DNA from: an uncultured Acidobacteriota bacterium
GTDB taxonomy: Bacteria > Acidobacteriota > Terriglobia > UBA7540
NCBI GenBank assembly: GCA_963804995.1
Contig: CAWDSK010000006.1
Span: 960,001 to 1,024,000 of the forward strand
Reading direction: 5' to 3'
DNA: 64,000 bases
Shown: positions 1 through 10,822 of the stretch, piece by piece
How positions within the stretch are numbered: the first letter of the stretch is position 1
Layout: every line of letters begins with the position of its first letter
Position numbers and translations under genes: made by a program
Notes under the pieces: model-generated
The model's database searches: none
What the model saw: the letters and a program-made list of their open reading frames with translations, nothing else
What the model was told of the DNA's origin: nothing

Positions 1-513
1 TTGACTCACCAGCATCAGGTTCTTGGGTTTGAGGTCACGATGAATAAATCCCTTCGCATGCGCGGCCGCCAAGGCTTTCGCGGTTTGGATGCCGATGTCC
101 AGAACCTGGTCAAGCGCAAACGCTTCCTCATCCAGCCGGGCGTTCAGGGTGTCTCCTTCCACAAACTCGTAAACGATAAAAACCATTTCATGGCCATCAT
201 CGTAGATGTCGATGGCTCGCACGATGGCAGGATGATTTATGACGTTCCCGGCTTGGACTTCAAGGGCGATACGCTTGCGGAATTGCGGGTTGCGGAGGAG
301 CTCCGATTTGATCCTCTTGAGCGCCACCGTGCATTTCAATTTCAGGTCATGAGCACAGTAAACTTCCCCCATCCCGCCGCTGTCAATCAGGCGCTCGATC
401 CGGTAACGGCCTACCAGCACCTCTCCGGGAGAGAGTTTGCTCCCTGTGCGCTTGTCACTGTGATCAAGGCCAAGCTCAGGATCAACGTCTAGGGGGGAGT
501 CGTCAATGTCCAC
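1..513 (-). CDS. Ser/Thr protein kinase, N-terminal part (runs off window start)
   Basis: Manual minus-strand translation gives RYRIERLIDSGGMGEVY, VALKRI, YEFVEGDTL and HRDLKPKN kinase motifs. GTG start at 513 preceded by GGGAGG. Not in the ORF track. Confidence 0.9.
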   Translation of the reverse strand, partial: MDIDDSPLDVDPELGLDHSDKRTGSKLSPGEVLVGRYRIERLIDSGGMGEVYCAHDLKLKCTVALKRIKSELLRNPQFRKRIALEVQAGNVINHPAIVRAIDIYDDGHEMVFIVYEFVEGDTLNARLDEEAFALDQVLDIGIQTAKALAAAHAKGFIHRDLKPKNLMLVSQ

Positions 514-1031
514 TATGCGGGCCTCCCGGCGGCTGGGTAGGTCGTACTCGGGGGCTGGTTTCTCTACCTTCGACCTGGATGTTAACTCTCGGAGAGCCGG
601 CTGTAAAGGCGACCCTCAATTTGCTGCCTTTGCTTGAGCACGCCACCAGCCAAAACGGCACCGTTCAGCGGAGTCGTCCAGCTGACACTTAACTCCAGAG
701 CACCTGTGGCGCAGCTCCGGCAGTCGATGGTTGGAGTAAACTGGAAGCCAGTCCGGGCAGCAAGTGCAGGGTTGTCCTGACACTTGGGGAATACGGGGCG
801 GCGGCCCGTGTCGCTTCCCAACGCGCAGGAGGACGCGCTTCTTCATCAAATGAAGGGATTGCACACTCCCCACCCTCCCTCCTGAATGGACTGAGAATTG
901 CTCAACCTGCAATAGCAACGTGAGCCGGGAGAATCGCCATGGTCCGTGCTCATTCCCGAATCAAAACAGAAGACCGAGGCCGACGCTGCCACCTTACGCT
1001 AAGGCGTCCATCCGGGTGGAGATAAATTGCC

Positions 1032-1898
1032 ATGAAACACTTACCTCGCTTGCCTAAGGGGCTCGCCCCCTGCATATTCGCAATGATGTTGGTCATCCCG
1101 ACTCCCCAACTGCTCGGCACGGATTTGAAACCGCAGACACTCGCAAGCTTCGCGCACTACGTCGAGCTCACCGAAACTCGCATCGACACAGAATTGAAGC
1201 GGCCCGGCCAGTTCCTCTACGTGGACGGCCTCCCCGAGGCGCGGCGTGGGCAGGTTCTGAACTTACTCCATAACGGCGAGATTTTCATCGAACCGCTCTC
1301 CACGCCCGAAGCCTCCGGCAAGGCGATTGTTCCACCCGGGGGAATGTTCCACCACTGGCTGGGCGCGGTGTTTGTCCCCGGCGCAAACCTGAGGCAAACC
1401 ATGGAACTGGTGGAAGACTACAATCGCCATCAGGACATCTACAAACCGGAAGTGGTGGGCTCGAAACTGGTCAGCCGGAATGGGGATGACTTCAAGATTT
1501 TTTACCGCCTCAGGAAGAAGAAAGTGATCACCGTGACCCTGAACAGCGATCATGATGTGCACTACTTTCCGGTCGACTCCACACATTGTTACAGCCATTC
1601 CTACTCAACGCGGATCGCCGAAGTCGCAGATGCTGACACGCCCCAGGAGCACGAAAAGCCCATTGGCCATGACGGGGGATTCCTCTGGCGGATCAACTCC
1701 TATTGGCGCTTCGAAGAGAACGACGGAGGCATGTACATCGAGTGTGAGTCCATCTCCCTGACGCGCGGCTTGCCACCCTTCATCGGGATGATTATCAAGG
1801 GGTTTGTAACGGAAATTCCCCGTGAGTCGCTGATGATGACCATGGGTTCAACGCGCTCAGCGCTCCTGGAGAGAGTCCAAGCTATGGGGCAGCACTAA
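1032..1898 (+). CDS. Exported hypothetical protein (possible START/SRPBCC-like fold)
   Basis: 288 aa ORF with signal-peptide-like N-terminus and GFLWRINSYWRF..ECESISLTR motif; fold is an inference. Confidence 0.65.
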   Translation: MKHLPRLPKGLAPCIFAMMLVIPTPQLLGTDLKPQTLASFAHYVELTETRIDTELKRPGQFLYVDGLPEARRGQVLNLLHNGEIFIEPLSTPEASGKAIVPPGGMFHHWLGAVFVPGANLRQTMELVEDYNRHQDIYKPEVVGSKLVSRNGDDFKIFYRLRKKKVITVTLNSDHDVHYFPVDSTHCYSHSYSTRIAEVADADTPQEHEKPIGHDGGFLWRINSYWRFEENDGGMYIECESISLTRGLPPFIGMIIKGFVTEIPRESLMMTMGSTRSALLERVQAMGQH

Positions 1899-2187
1899 GA
1901 ACTCACGCCTGGGTCAATACGAAGCATCCTTCCCTGCTATCGATCGCCTTTTGCGTTCCTCTGCGCTTTTCGTTGTTTAGCATTAATAAACACATGAACG
2001 TACGCTGTATTTAGAGCCGTGGAGTAGTGCTGAAATACGCACACCTCCGCGCTACCGGACTTGATGCGAAAGACCTCCGAGGTCAACGATGGGGGCTGCG
2101 CATGGATTGGGTAGGGTGAATCTGAGGAAGAGCCGCCGACCTCAACCCCGGAGGTCTGCGCTACGATTGGCAGGCCGGCGGGTCAAA

Positions 2188-4293
2188 TTACTGCTGCTTG
2201 TCTTCGGGTTTCTTCTCTTCCTTCTTTGGCGGAGGTGGCTTTTGCGCCGGCGGCGGAGTTTGGTGTTGCGGCTGCGCCTGCGGTCGAACCGGCGGCGGAG
2301 CGCGTTCTTCTCTTACTGCCGGAGGAGCCTGGCGTACCGGAGGCTGAACCTGCTCACGGACCGGTGGCGCCGGGCGTACCGGGGGTTGAACCTGCTCACG
2401 GACTGGAGGCTCCGGGCGTACCGGAGGCTGAACCTGCTCACGGACCGGTGGCGCCGGGCGTACCGGGGGTTGAACCTGCTCACGGACCGGTGGTGCCGGG
2501 CGTACTGGGGGTTGAACCTGCTCACGGACTGGAGGCGCCGGGCGTACCGGGGGTTGAACCTGCTCACGGACCGGAGGCGCCGGGCGTCCCGGGGGTTGAA
2601 CCTGCTCACGGATCGGAGGAATATTCTGCGGCCGGCCGGCCGGGACGGGTTGGGTATGAAGGTTCTGGTTAGGCAGCTTTTCCGGACCAGTTTGGGGCTC
2701 GAACCGGGCGCTGGGCAAAGGTGGGCGCGGGACCGGGGCGCACGGTCGGCGTGACCGGATGAACCTGTTGCGCGTTGATCGGCTGGACCTGGAAGCGTCC
2801 TGGCGCCGGGTTATGGCCGACGGACTGGGAACGCAAGGTCTGTATTTGCGCCGGCGCTACCGGGGTCCCGGGATGCTCCTGCAACATCTGTTGCTTGGCG
2901 GCGAACGGAACCGCACGCGGAGGGGGAGCGAGTTTGGCAACTGCGGGACGATTGGCAAGAGCCGCCGGAGGCGCAACCGCGGCACGGCCACTGCTACTCG
3001 CAAGCACGCTCTCCCGTTGCGGCGCTACTCTGGGCGCGGCTCCGATCACTTCCGCCTGGCGCATCTGGTTGGCGTCGACGCGAACCCCGGCGCGCTGGAC
3101 AGGCTGAGCCGAGGCGAAAGAATTCTGAGGCATCGCCACGATAGCATTACGATTCACATAGTTGATGTTGGTGACGTTGATGTTGGTCACATTGATGTTT
3201 GTAATCCGCGTATTGGTGACGTTCACCCGGCGGACGTAATCCTCTGACACATGATACGAGGGGTAGTATGCTTCGCGGGGGCCGAGTGGGAACCAGCCGA
3301 CGAGACCGCCGCCCCCACCGCCTCTCGACACACCTGCGCTGAATCCTCCCCCGCCGACGAAAGCCACCAGCGCCGGAGCATAATAGACGCGCGCTGAAAC
3401 CGCGCCGGGGCACCAGCTCCAACTGTTATTGACATACGCCCAGCGTCCATAGTGAAACGGCGCGAAGCCCCAGGGTTCATTGTCCACCCAGGTCCAGCCC
3501 CAGGGTTCGACCCAAGCCCATTGCCCATCGTGATAGGGGGTCCAGCCCGCCGCCACGCGCGGAGTCCATACAGGTCCGTAGTCCGCCGTGTTGTGCCAAT
3601 CGCCATGGGCATTCAGATCTTCATAGCCGACCATGTCGGGTGAGACGTAGCGGGACGGGGGACGTTTCCCAGGTGGTCCCGCGAAGAGACGAAAGAATCG
3701 AAATCGTCCGGCTGGTTTGCAGCCTGAACGTCAGGCGGGTTGCCGGAGTTGTCGAAGTATGCTGTCTGGCCGGAATGAACGGGAAAGCTCTGGTTGTTGG
3801 CGGTTACTTCAATGTCGCCCGCACGCACAGTAATCATCGTGGCGTTGCGAGAGGTATCGGTGTCGACGCGGTATTCGCCTGTGCGCAGGAGAGTGATGGC
3901 GCCGTTGGGAGTGTCGACCTCCCAGGATTCCCCATCAAAGAGGTGACGTACGTGCAGGCTCAGACTGCCGGCGTTTATGCTGGTCTGAACGACGTTATCG
4001 CTCAGGTTCACGAACTGGAAATTGGTGCCAGAGTCCAGGCGGATGGAATTCTGCCCGATCCGCAGCACGGCACGCGCGCCGTTATCGGTATAGAGATTGT
4101 CGCCGGTGGTCATCGGGTAATTCAGCGATGCGTCGGCCCATCCGTCCACGCTGGCGGGCTCGAACGATACGGGACCGTTGATATACGCGATGCGGGCTAC
4201 GCGCGAGGGCGGATCCGCATCCTGCGCTGCCGCGATGCCGGAAACAGCGAGGAGTGCGGCTAGGACTGATACACACAAGAGCAAATTTTTCAT
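2188..4293 (-). CDS. FecR/DUF6600 protein with Pro-rich tail, split by two frameshifts
   Basis: ORFs 3613-4293 (signal peptide, DPPSRVARI, FecR-like), 2669-3634 (WGWTWVDNEPWGFAPFHYGRW) and 2188-2718 join into one protein. First break lies in a C homopolymer near 3657-3661. Confidence 0.85.
2322..2618 (-). repeat. 42-bp coding tandem repeat, 7 copies (PVREQVQPPVRPAP)
   Basis: Repeat unit visible directly in DNA and protein. Confidence 0.95.
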
Positions 4294-4883
4294 TTCAGGA
4301 CCTTTCCGGGTCGGCCGGCCAATAAATGCAGCGAAATCGCCAGAATGGAGTAAGTGGTCACCCGATCAGCATTTAAGCGGGACAAAATGCATCCTAATAC
4401 CCTCGGGCGGAGACTGTCTGTTCGATATTGCTCACGTGAGGAGAACTAAGCGACCTTGGATGAGTGACGAGAAACGGGTGGGATGACACTAACATATGTT
4501 GCGCGGCCTGGGCTTCTTCGCATTCATCTGCCACGGTTTTCAAAGAAGTGCAACTCCCTGACTCCCCGGAAGCCCCTTCGAAGAAGTTGGTGATGGCGTA
4601 GCGCTCGCTTGGATTGATTGCGGGTCGTAGTGTAGACCACCACACCTCAAGTCCAGGATGGTCGGGTACTCAAAAACAAACCCAGTGCGGTGCGGCTCCT
4701 CATCTTGCTCTGGTGGTCACATGGACGTTCTAGTCGCCGAACCGTAGATGTGGCGCCCACGCTCGCCTGCGGATTCCTGACATACCCGGAAGCTGCCGGA
4801 CAGGGGAAGTGCCGCATGGGTCGCCGGGAATAATCGAACTTCTGAAACCGCGGCCTGGCACCCAGCAGGTTGATGAAAAACGA

Positions 4884-4958
4884 AGTAGCGGCGGGTTTAC
4901 CCCGCCATCCCAGCCCGCGATCGCTTGGCATAAAATGGCGGGGTAAACCCGCCGCTAC
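4884..4958. repeat. GTAG-type REP doublet (inverted pair)
   Basis: gtagcggcgggtttaccccgcca ... tggcggggtaaacccgccgctac; near-identical copy at 26027-26098. Confidence 0.85.
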
Positions 4959-5300
4959 GCCGCACCGGAAGGGTTTTTCAGCAGCCCCATGCCCCTATCC
5001 CCCAATCCCGAATCCTTCGTTTCCCCGCCCCCGCCGTGACACACTTCAAGAGCAGTGACCAGTGACTAGTGGCGAGTGGCGAGAGGAAACCCAAACCCAA
5101 GGCGGGAAGGAAATCAGTACCCAAATCCTAGCGGGAGACGCCCCACGCTGACAACTCGCAGCCGGCAGCTCACAATTTGTCCCCAGCCCCCCCTATTCCC
5201 TCGTTCCCCCATTCCCACCGTGAACACTCCCCCGCTTCGGTTATCGGTGGGATCGACGCCAAGGATGAGGCAAATTGAGTGGCCGGTAACAAGAAGCTTG

Positions 5301-5371
5301 CCCCCTCACCCGTCGCGCTCCGGCTGGTAAAAGCGCCGGCAGCGCGCCACCCTCTCCCCTCGGAGAGGGCT
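5301..5371. repeat. Palindromic intergenic repeat, CCCTCACCC..CCCTCTCCC..GAGAGGG family
   Basis: Related copies at about 12400-12527, 37509-37646, 38604-38761 and, more degenerate, 48008-48090. Confidence 0.75.
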
Positions 5372-5559
5372 ATGAATTCTTGCTTGGGCTGATGGAGCGA
5401 TCACCCGACCACCGGATCACCCGAACTCCCGATTACCTACCTCCGCCGTGACACACTTCCCCGTATCGGTTATCGGCAGGTTGGTACCCAAACGTGAGCC
5501 AGAATTCGGCTCGAAGTTCGGCTCGAAGTTTGACAATCACCAATTCGTTCCATCGCAAA

Positions 5560-5670
5560 ATCCATCAATGAACCGATGATCCAATGAATCAATGAATCAA
5601 AGATCCGATCGCCCAATGATTCAATGAATCAATGATTCAATGAACCAATGGCCCCATCGCCCGATCGCCA
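5560..5670. repeat. Degenerate octamer tandem repeats (CAATGAAT/CCGATnnn)
   Basis: About 12 imperfect 8-mers; same family as the arms in 52.6-57.8 kb. Confidence 0.8.
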
Positions 5671-5675
5671 GCCCC

Positions 5676-7184
5676 TCACTTCTCCGACCTCCGCTCGTAC
5701 AGCACGCACATCTTATCGCTATAAACTTTCTTCCATTCCGGCGAAGCTTCGAGGAAGGTCGCGAGCCCTTCCCCGGGGGGGATGAGGCAGGATCGCAAGT
5801 GATACTTTTGGAGCAGCCAGGGAGTATTCGGGTGGACATGCATCATCTGAAGATAGTCCGTGAAGACGCCGGCGTATTCATAGATGTCGATCCGGCAGTC
5901 CATGAATACCCGCTGCTCCGGGCCCAGCGCATAAAGCAGGTAACCACCCCAGGTGAGGTCGTTCAGCATCGGCCGGGGGGGTGGGTGTCTGCGCAGAAAG
6001 TCGACGGCCCCCTGCGGATTATGGTCAGCTATGATGCGCTCGAGTTTTTCCTGCGCGGGGAAACCTTGGATGATTCCCAACGCAAGGCAGGCGATGATCA
6101 GAGCATTCAGGGCGGGAAGATCTTTGCGGGGCTCGTAGTTGGGCACCCAACCGTCCAGCAGGCTCGCCAGGAGCGGCGCAAAAACAATTGCGAAGAGGGG
6201 AAGGGCCCGGGCATGGAAGGCGGTCATGGCCACTGCCAAACAAAAGAGCGTCAATTCCTCGATGCGGACGGGCGGCTGGAAAATCGCCACCGCCGCGATG
6301 AAGAGCAGCAGGAAGGCCAGAAAGAGTTGGCCATGCCAGACGTTCAGCGGGATCGACTGCCAACTCAACATGGTCGAGATCATCTCCGGCTGCAGGAAGA
6401 AGACTTGCCCGGGATAGGTGAGCAGGCGCGGGCCGTAGGGTGTGACACAGCAAGCCCCGAGCGACACTAGCGTCACCGCCGCCATTTGAATGCGTTCGTC
6501 GACCGCCCAGCGCTCCGCTCGCAGGCATCCCACGCGCAGGTCCACCAGCCCGCCCAGCCAGTAAATCCCCACGGCAATCAAACCGAATACAAAGGTGCCG
6601 TGCGTATTGACCCAAAAGAGAAACACCAACGGAAGCAACCAAAGCGCCGCGCGACGGCCCTGGCGGAAAAGTTCCAGCAAGATCAGCGTGATGACCAGAA
6701 ATACGTAACCGAAAAGTTGGGGATGCAGAGTGAACCAGACTCCCTCGAGCGGCAGAATCAGCACCGTGGCCACAAAGGCCGCCTTGGAATTCCGGCAACG
6801 GAGATAGGCGTAATAATAAATTAACAGGGTCATGCAACCGGCCAGGCCGGCCAGAAGCCCCATCCAGCCCCGCAGCCCCCCGGCATGCCCCACCCGCGCC
6901 AGGACCACGTCCGCCAGCCATTCGTACGCCATCCATTCCGTGCCCGGGGCCGTGAAGGAATAGGTATCGAGAGTCGGCCAGGTGTGCGTGCGGAGGATGC
7001 GCTGACCTACCACGTCGTGGAACCAGGCGTCGGGATCTACCTGGAACATCAGCGACACCAGGAAAGCTCCGAGAACCAACAGGGCGCCTAAAAGAATCGG
7101 ATAGGAAAACACTTTCCTCAGGAGCGCCCAGGATTGAGCGCGCTCGCCTGCCACCGGATTTTCACTTCTTTCGTGACTACTCAT
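5676..7184 (-). CDS. Polytopic membrane protein, putative GT-C glycosyltransferase (paralogue 3)
   Basis: Many hydrophobic segments; DPDAWFH, YSFT..EWMAYEWL, WVNTHG, GGYL and FMDCRIDIY motifs. Confidence 0.7.
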   Translation of the reverse strand: MSSHERSENPVAGERAQSWALLRKVFSYPILLGALLVLGAFLVSLMFQVDPDAWFHDVVGQRILRTHTWPTLDTYSFTAPGTEWMAYEWLADVVLARVGHAGGLRGWMGLLAGLAGCMTLLIYYYAYLRCRNSKAAFVATVLILPLEGVWFTLHPQLFGYVFLVITLILLELFRQGRRAALWLLPLVFLFWVNTHGTFVFGLIAVGIYWLGGLVDLRVGCLRAERWAVDERIQMAAVTLVSLGACCVTPYGPRLLTYPGQVFFLQPEMISTMLSWQSIPLNVWHGQLFLAFLLLFIAAVAIFQPPVRIEELTLFCLAVAMTAFHARALPLFAIVFAPLLASLLDGWVPNYEPRKDLPALNALIIACLALGIIQGFPAQEKLERIIADHNPQGAVDFLRRHPPPRPMLNDLTWGGYLLYALGPEQRVFMDCRIDIYEYAGVFTDYLQMMHVHPNTPWLLQKYHLRSCLIPPGEGLATFLEASPEWKKVYSDKMCVLYERRSEK

Positions 7185-7476
7185 GCTCTCCAGGTTGGAG
7201 CTTCGGACCGCTAGTAATCTCCCTGCGTCTCAACGAGGGGCGAGGAGGCTGTACTCCGCGTCAGCCACTTCCCTGCCCTATTTTTGCAGGTGTCCCACTC
7301 TCTTTCGTCAATGTGGGACTGTCCCAGATGTTGCTCTCCGCGGGGCATAGCGAGCGAGGTCCCACATCTTTCCCCATCTTCCCCCGTTTTATACGGGAAT
7401 TTTTCGCTACCCGCTCGAATCATACGAATGCATCGCAACAAATTTGAACGACGCCAGATTTCACCAGAACGCCGCG

Positions 7477-9003
7477 TTACGGTTCCTGGCGCACGAGCAA
7501 AACGCTCAGATCATCCTGATAAACTTGGCGCCATTCAGGGTTCCCATCAAGCAGGTTCGCAAGAGATCCGTTACGCTCAATCAGGCAGGAGCGCACGCCG
7601 TATTTTTTGAGAACCGCCAGCGCATCAGGTTCCGCTTGAATGATCCTGACGTAATCCGCGAGCACGCCGGAAGGCTCATAGGCGTCAGACCGCCCGTCGA
7701 TGAAAACCTTATGCTGCCCTTGGAACGCCCAGATCAAATATCCTCCCCAGAAATTGTCGTTGAACATGGGCTCGGGGACAGAGTGTGTGCGCAGGTAGTT
7801 TACCGCACGGCTCGGCTGATTGCGGTCAATCAGGCGCTGCAACTTGACTGAGGATGGGAACCACACCACACCGCCCACTACGAATGCCAGAATCAGGATT
7901 GCGTTGAGCGCCGGCCGCTCCGCTTCGGGTTGGTGAGCAGGAGTCCACTCCGCCAGCAATTCAGCCAGCACCGGCGCCAGCGCGATGGCGAAGAAAACCG
8001 CAAATCGTTGATGGATGCAGGCCAGGACCGCGGCGAAAATCACCAAGACCACCGCTTCCGCGCGTTCGGCGCGGCGCCGAAAGAACCATCCGATCACCAA
8101 GACCGATAACAGGATCAAGAACCACACGCCGTAGAAATCATGGAATCCGAGCGGCTGCCAATCTTCGAAATACTTCAAGTTTACGGGTTGCGAAGCGATG
8201 CCCAGCTCGTAGCGGATTAGGTGCGGTCCGTAGGGATTCACTGTTAACGCGACCACGCACAAGAGAAATACCCAAGCGAGGTGCCACCGCTCGCGAGGGA
8301 GCCACGCCTTGCCCTCCAGCTTGCTTACGCGGAAACCTTTAAGTCCTGCCACCCAATAAATCGCCATGGCCGCAAGGCCCAGCGTGAACGTGCCGTGAGT
8401 GTTCACCCAAAGTACGAAAACCGGAGCGAGAACCCACAGGCTTTTCTGCAACCCTCGGCGGTAACGCTCAAGCAAGATCAGAGTGATGAGCAGAGCGGTA
8501 TATCCCAGAAGCTGGGGGCGCAAGGTGAAGCAAAAACCCAGCAGTGGCAACGCGGCCACGCAAGCTATAAAGGCGCTCTTCGCGTCGCCGCTCACGAGGC
8601 TCGCGTAATAGTAGAGAAGCAGCATAATGGCCGAGACGAGGAGCGCAAGCAGCGCCATCAGCGCCCTGGGGCCGCCGCAATCCGAGGCGAGCGCCATCAA
8701 CACCTCACCCAACCATTCATAGGCCAGCCATTCGCTGGTGGGGGTCGTGAACGAGTAAAAATTGGTGGTGGGCCACTGATGAGTTTCCAGGATGCGCTGG
8801 CCCGCGGCTATGTGCCAAAACGTGTCACCTTCCACGAAGGTGGCGTGCCAATGGCCCGCGGGGAGCTCCGCGGCTTGGCCCAGGCGCAGGTGCAAATTCA
8901 TAAACATGCCGGCCACCAGCAATGCTCCCAGGAAAACAGGGAAGGAGAAAACTTTGCGGGCCAACGCTCCGAGCGTGGCGTCAGTGGCTGGACCCACGCG
9001 CAC
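7477..9003 (-). CDS. Polytopic membrane protein, putative GT-C glycosyltransferase (paralogue 2)
   Basis: EGDTFWH, YEWLGE, RPQ, WVNTHG, GGYLIW and FIDGRSD motifs. Confidence 0.7.
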   Translation of the reverse strand: MRVGPATDATLGALARKVFSFPVFLGALLVAGMFMNLHLRLGQAAELPAGHWHATFVEGDTFWHIAAGQRILETHQWPTTNFYSFTTPTSEWLAYEWLGEVLMALASDCGGPRALMALLALLVSAIMLLLYYYASLVSGDAKSAFIACVAALPLLGFCFTLRPQLLGYTALLITLILLERYRRGLQKSLWVLAPVFVLWVNTHGTFTLGLAAMAIYWVAGLKGFRVSKLEGKAWLPRERWHLAWVFLLCVVALTVNPYGPHLIRYELGIASQPVNLKYFEDWQPLGFHDFYGVWFLILLSVLVIGWFFRRRAERAEAVVLVIFAAVLACIHQRFAVFFAIALAPVLAELLAEWTPAHQPEAERPALNAILILAFVVGGVVWFPSSVKLQRLIDRNQPSRAVNYLRTHSVPEPMFNDNFWGGYLIWAFQGQHKVFIDGRSDAYEPSGVLADYVRIIQAEPDALAVLKKYGVRSCLIERNGSLANLLDGNPEWRQVYQDDLSVLLVRQEP

Positions 9004-10558
9004 TCTCCCGATGACTGGAATCGACTTCTCTTGTGACGTTCTGAGGTTTGCCTGCGCTGGCTGGCTTCCTTACGAATAGAACACTCTGCTCGTCTGCATA
9101 GACTTTTTCCCAGGCGGGGGAAGAAGTCAGCAGAGTCTGGAGCGGCTCGCTTTGCTTGACAAGGCATGATTTAAGGTTATAAGCCTCTAATAGCAAGGGC
9201 GTGGGGCTCGCAAGCCTGCCGATGCTGAGGTAATCGCTCAAAACGCCTGTCCGCTCGTAGATATCCGCCCGACCATCTATAAACACCTTGTTCTGATCCG
9301 CCAGTTGCCAGATCAAATAGCCGCCAAACAGGTAGTCGTTGTACATGGGCTTGGGCACAGGATGCTGCCTTAAGTAGGCCACCGCTTTGACCGGCCATTT
9401 CTCTTCCACAACCTGTTCGAGGGCGGCGCGGGAGGGAAAGAACCATAGAGTGGCGGCGACGGCAAGCCCCATCAATCCGGCATTCAGAGCGTACTTGTCC
9501 TTGGCGGGCTCATAGGGATCAAACCAGCGCGAAATGATTACGGCGAACATGGGTGCGCTGAAGGGCACGAAAGCCAATACAAACCGTACGTGCAGGCAAG
9601 CCGCGGTGATCCCGGCAAGGAACAGCACGAACTCTTCCAGGCGCCAGCGCGGCCGGAGCGTTACTTGGGCCAGCAAGAACGCCAGGATGAGGGCTAAGAA
9701 GAGCTGGCCAAAAACCTTGTCAAACATCATGGGCGCCCATTCAATAATATTCTTCTGCATGATGGGCTGGGAAAGGGCCAGGTCCAAGGGGTAGAGCAAT
9801 AGCTCTGAACCGTAAGGGGTGATGACGAGCGCCACCAGGCTCAGCAGCGCCACCATTTCCAACTGCAGGCGCTCACGGACTGTCCAAAGCCGGGATTCGA
9901 GGCCACGAATCTCGACGAGCCCGCATACCCAGTACACCCCCAGCGCAAAAAGGCCTAAAACAAAAAGGCCGTGCGTGTTGACCCAAACCAGGAAAAGTGG
10001 CGGCAGCAGCCACAGCGCGCGGGTGTGCCCCTGGCGAAAACGCTCAAGGATGATCAGGGTCAATACCAAAAAGAAATAGGCAAGCATCTGCGGGCGCAAA
10101 CTACAGGAGGCATAAACCAGGGGAAGGAATAAAGTGCAGGTCGCAAAAGCCGCTTTGGAGTTCTGACAGCGAATGGTAATCAGCGCGAAGAGCGCACTCA
10201 GGATAGCGCCCGCCATGCCGATATCGAGTGCCAGGAGGCCGCGCAGCCCCCAACGCTGGGAGACCATCGCCAGCAGAACTTCGCCCAGCCATTGGTAAGC
10301 GATCCAGTGCGTGCCATAGGCGGTAAACGAATAGGGGTCGGTGGTGGGCCAGCGATGCGTGGAGAGTATGACGCTCCCCACTTTGATGTGCCACCAGACG
10401 TTGGGATCCACCCAGAACTGGCGCAGCGGCGCCTGCATCCCAGCCACCAGCAAGACTGCCAACATGGCAGGGAATGAAATCAGTTTCTTGATAATCGACT
10501 GCGGCGTAGAGTGCTCAAGGTGCGAGGGAGGTGCCATCGTCTCAGGGGTAGTCATCAA
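8981..10558 (-). CDS. Polytopic membrane protein, putative GT-C glycosyltransferase (paralogue 1)
   Basis: DPNVWWH, YQWLGE, RPQ, WVNTHG, GGYLIW and FIDGRAD motifs. Confidence 0.7.
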   Translation of the reverse strand: MMTTPETMAPPSHLEHSTPQSIIKKLISFPAMLAVLLVAGMQAPLRQFWVDPNVWWHIKVGSVILSTHRWPTTDPYSFTAYGTHWIAYQWLGEVLLAMVSQRWGLRGLLALDIGMAGAILSALFALITIRCQNSKAAFATCTLFLPLVYASCSLRPQMLAYFFLVLTLIILERFRQGHTRALWLLPPLFLVWVNTHGLFVLGLFALGVYWVCGLVEIRGLESRLWTVRERLQLEMVALLSLVALVITPYGSELLLYPLDLALSQPIMQKNIIEWAPMMFDKVFGQLFLALILAFLLAQVTLRPRWRLEEFVLFLAGITAACLHVRFVLAFVPFSAPMFAVIISRWFDPYEPAKDKYALNAGLMGLAVAATLWFFPSRAALEQVVEEKWPVKAVAYLRQHPVPKPMYNDYLFGGYLIWQLADQNKVFIDGRADIYERTGVLSDYLSIGRLASPTPLLLEAYNLKSCLVKQSEPLQTLLTSSPAWEKVYADEQSVLFVRKPASAGKPQNVTREVDSSHRESARGSSH

Positions 10559-10822
10559 AATCCCGGAATAATTCTATCTTAATCTCCAATTTCCAACGAT
10601 TCTTAATTGAGCGATTCTCCTCGATTGGCCGCGCGGCTCATTCCCCCGTGACAACAAAAAGCTGCGGACCTTGAGGACCGGTCGCGCTACACTGCGGGAT
10701 GTACCTTGGCGCCCTGCGGAATCAACCAAGCTCCCTGCGAAAGGAATAGTGGCGATGATCGCTGCGCACTACACTAGTGCTAAAGAAGGTTGTGAAATAT
10801 TTGCCACGGGAGGATTACCAAA

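Noticed and set aside
1..492. Plus-strand 163-aa ORF
   Set aside because: Antisense shadow of the minus-strand kinase.
582..918. Small Cys-rich ORFs upstream of the kinase
   Set aside because: Two overlapping frames with no recognisable family; neither can be supported.
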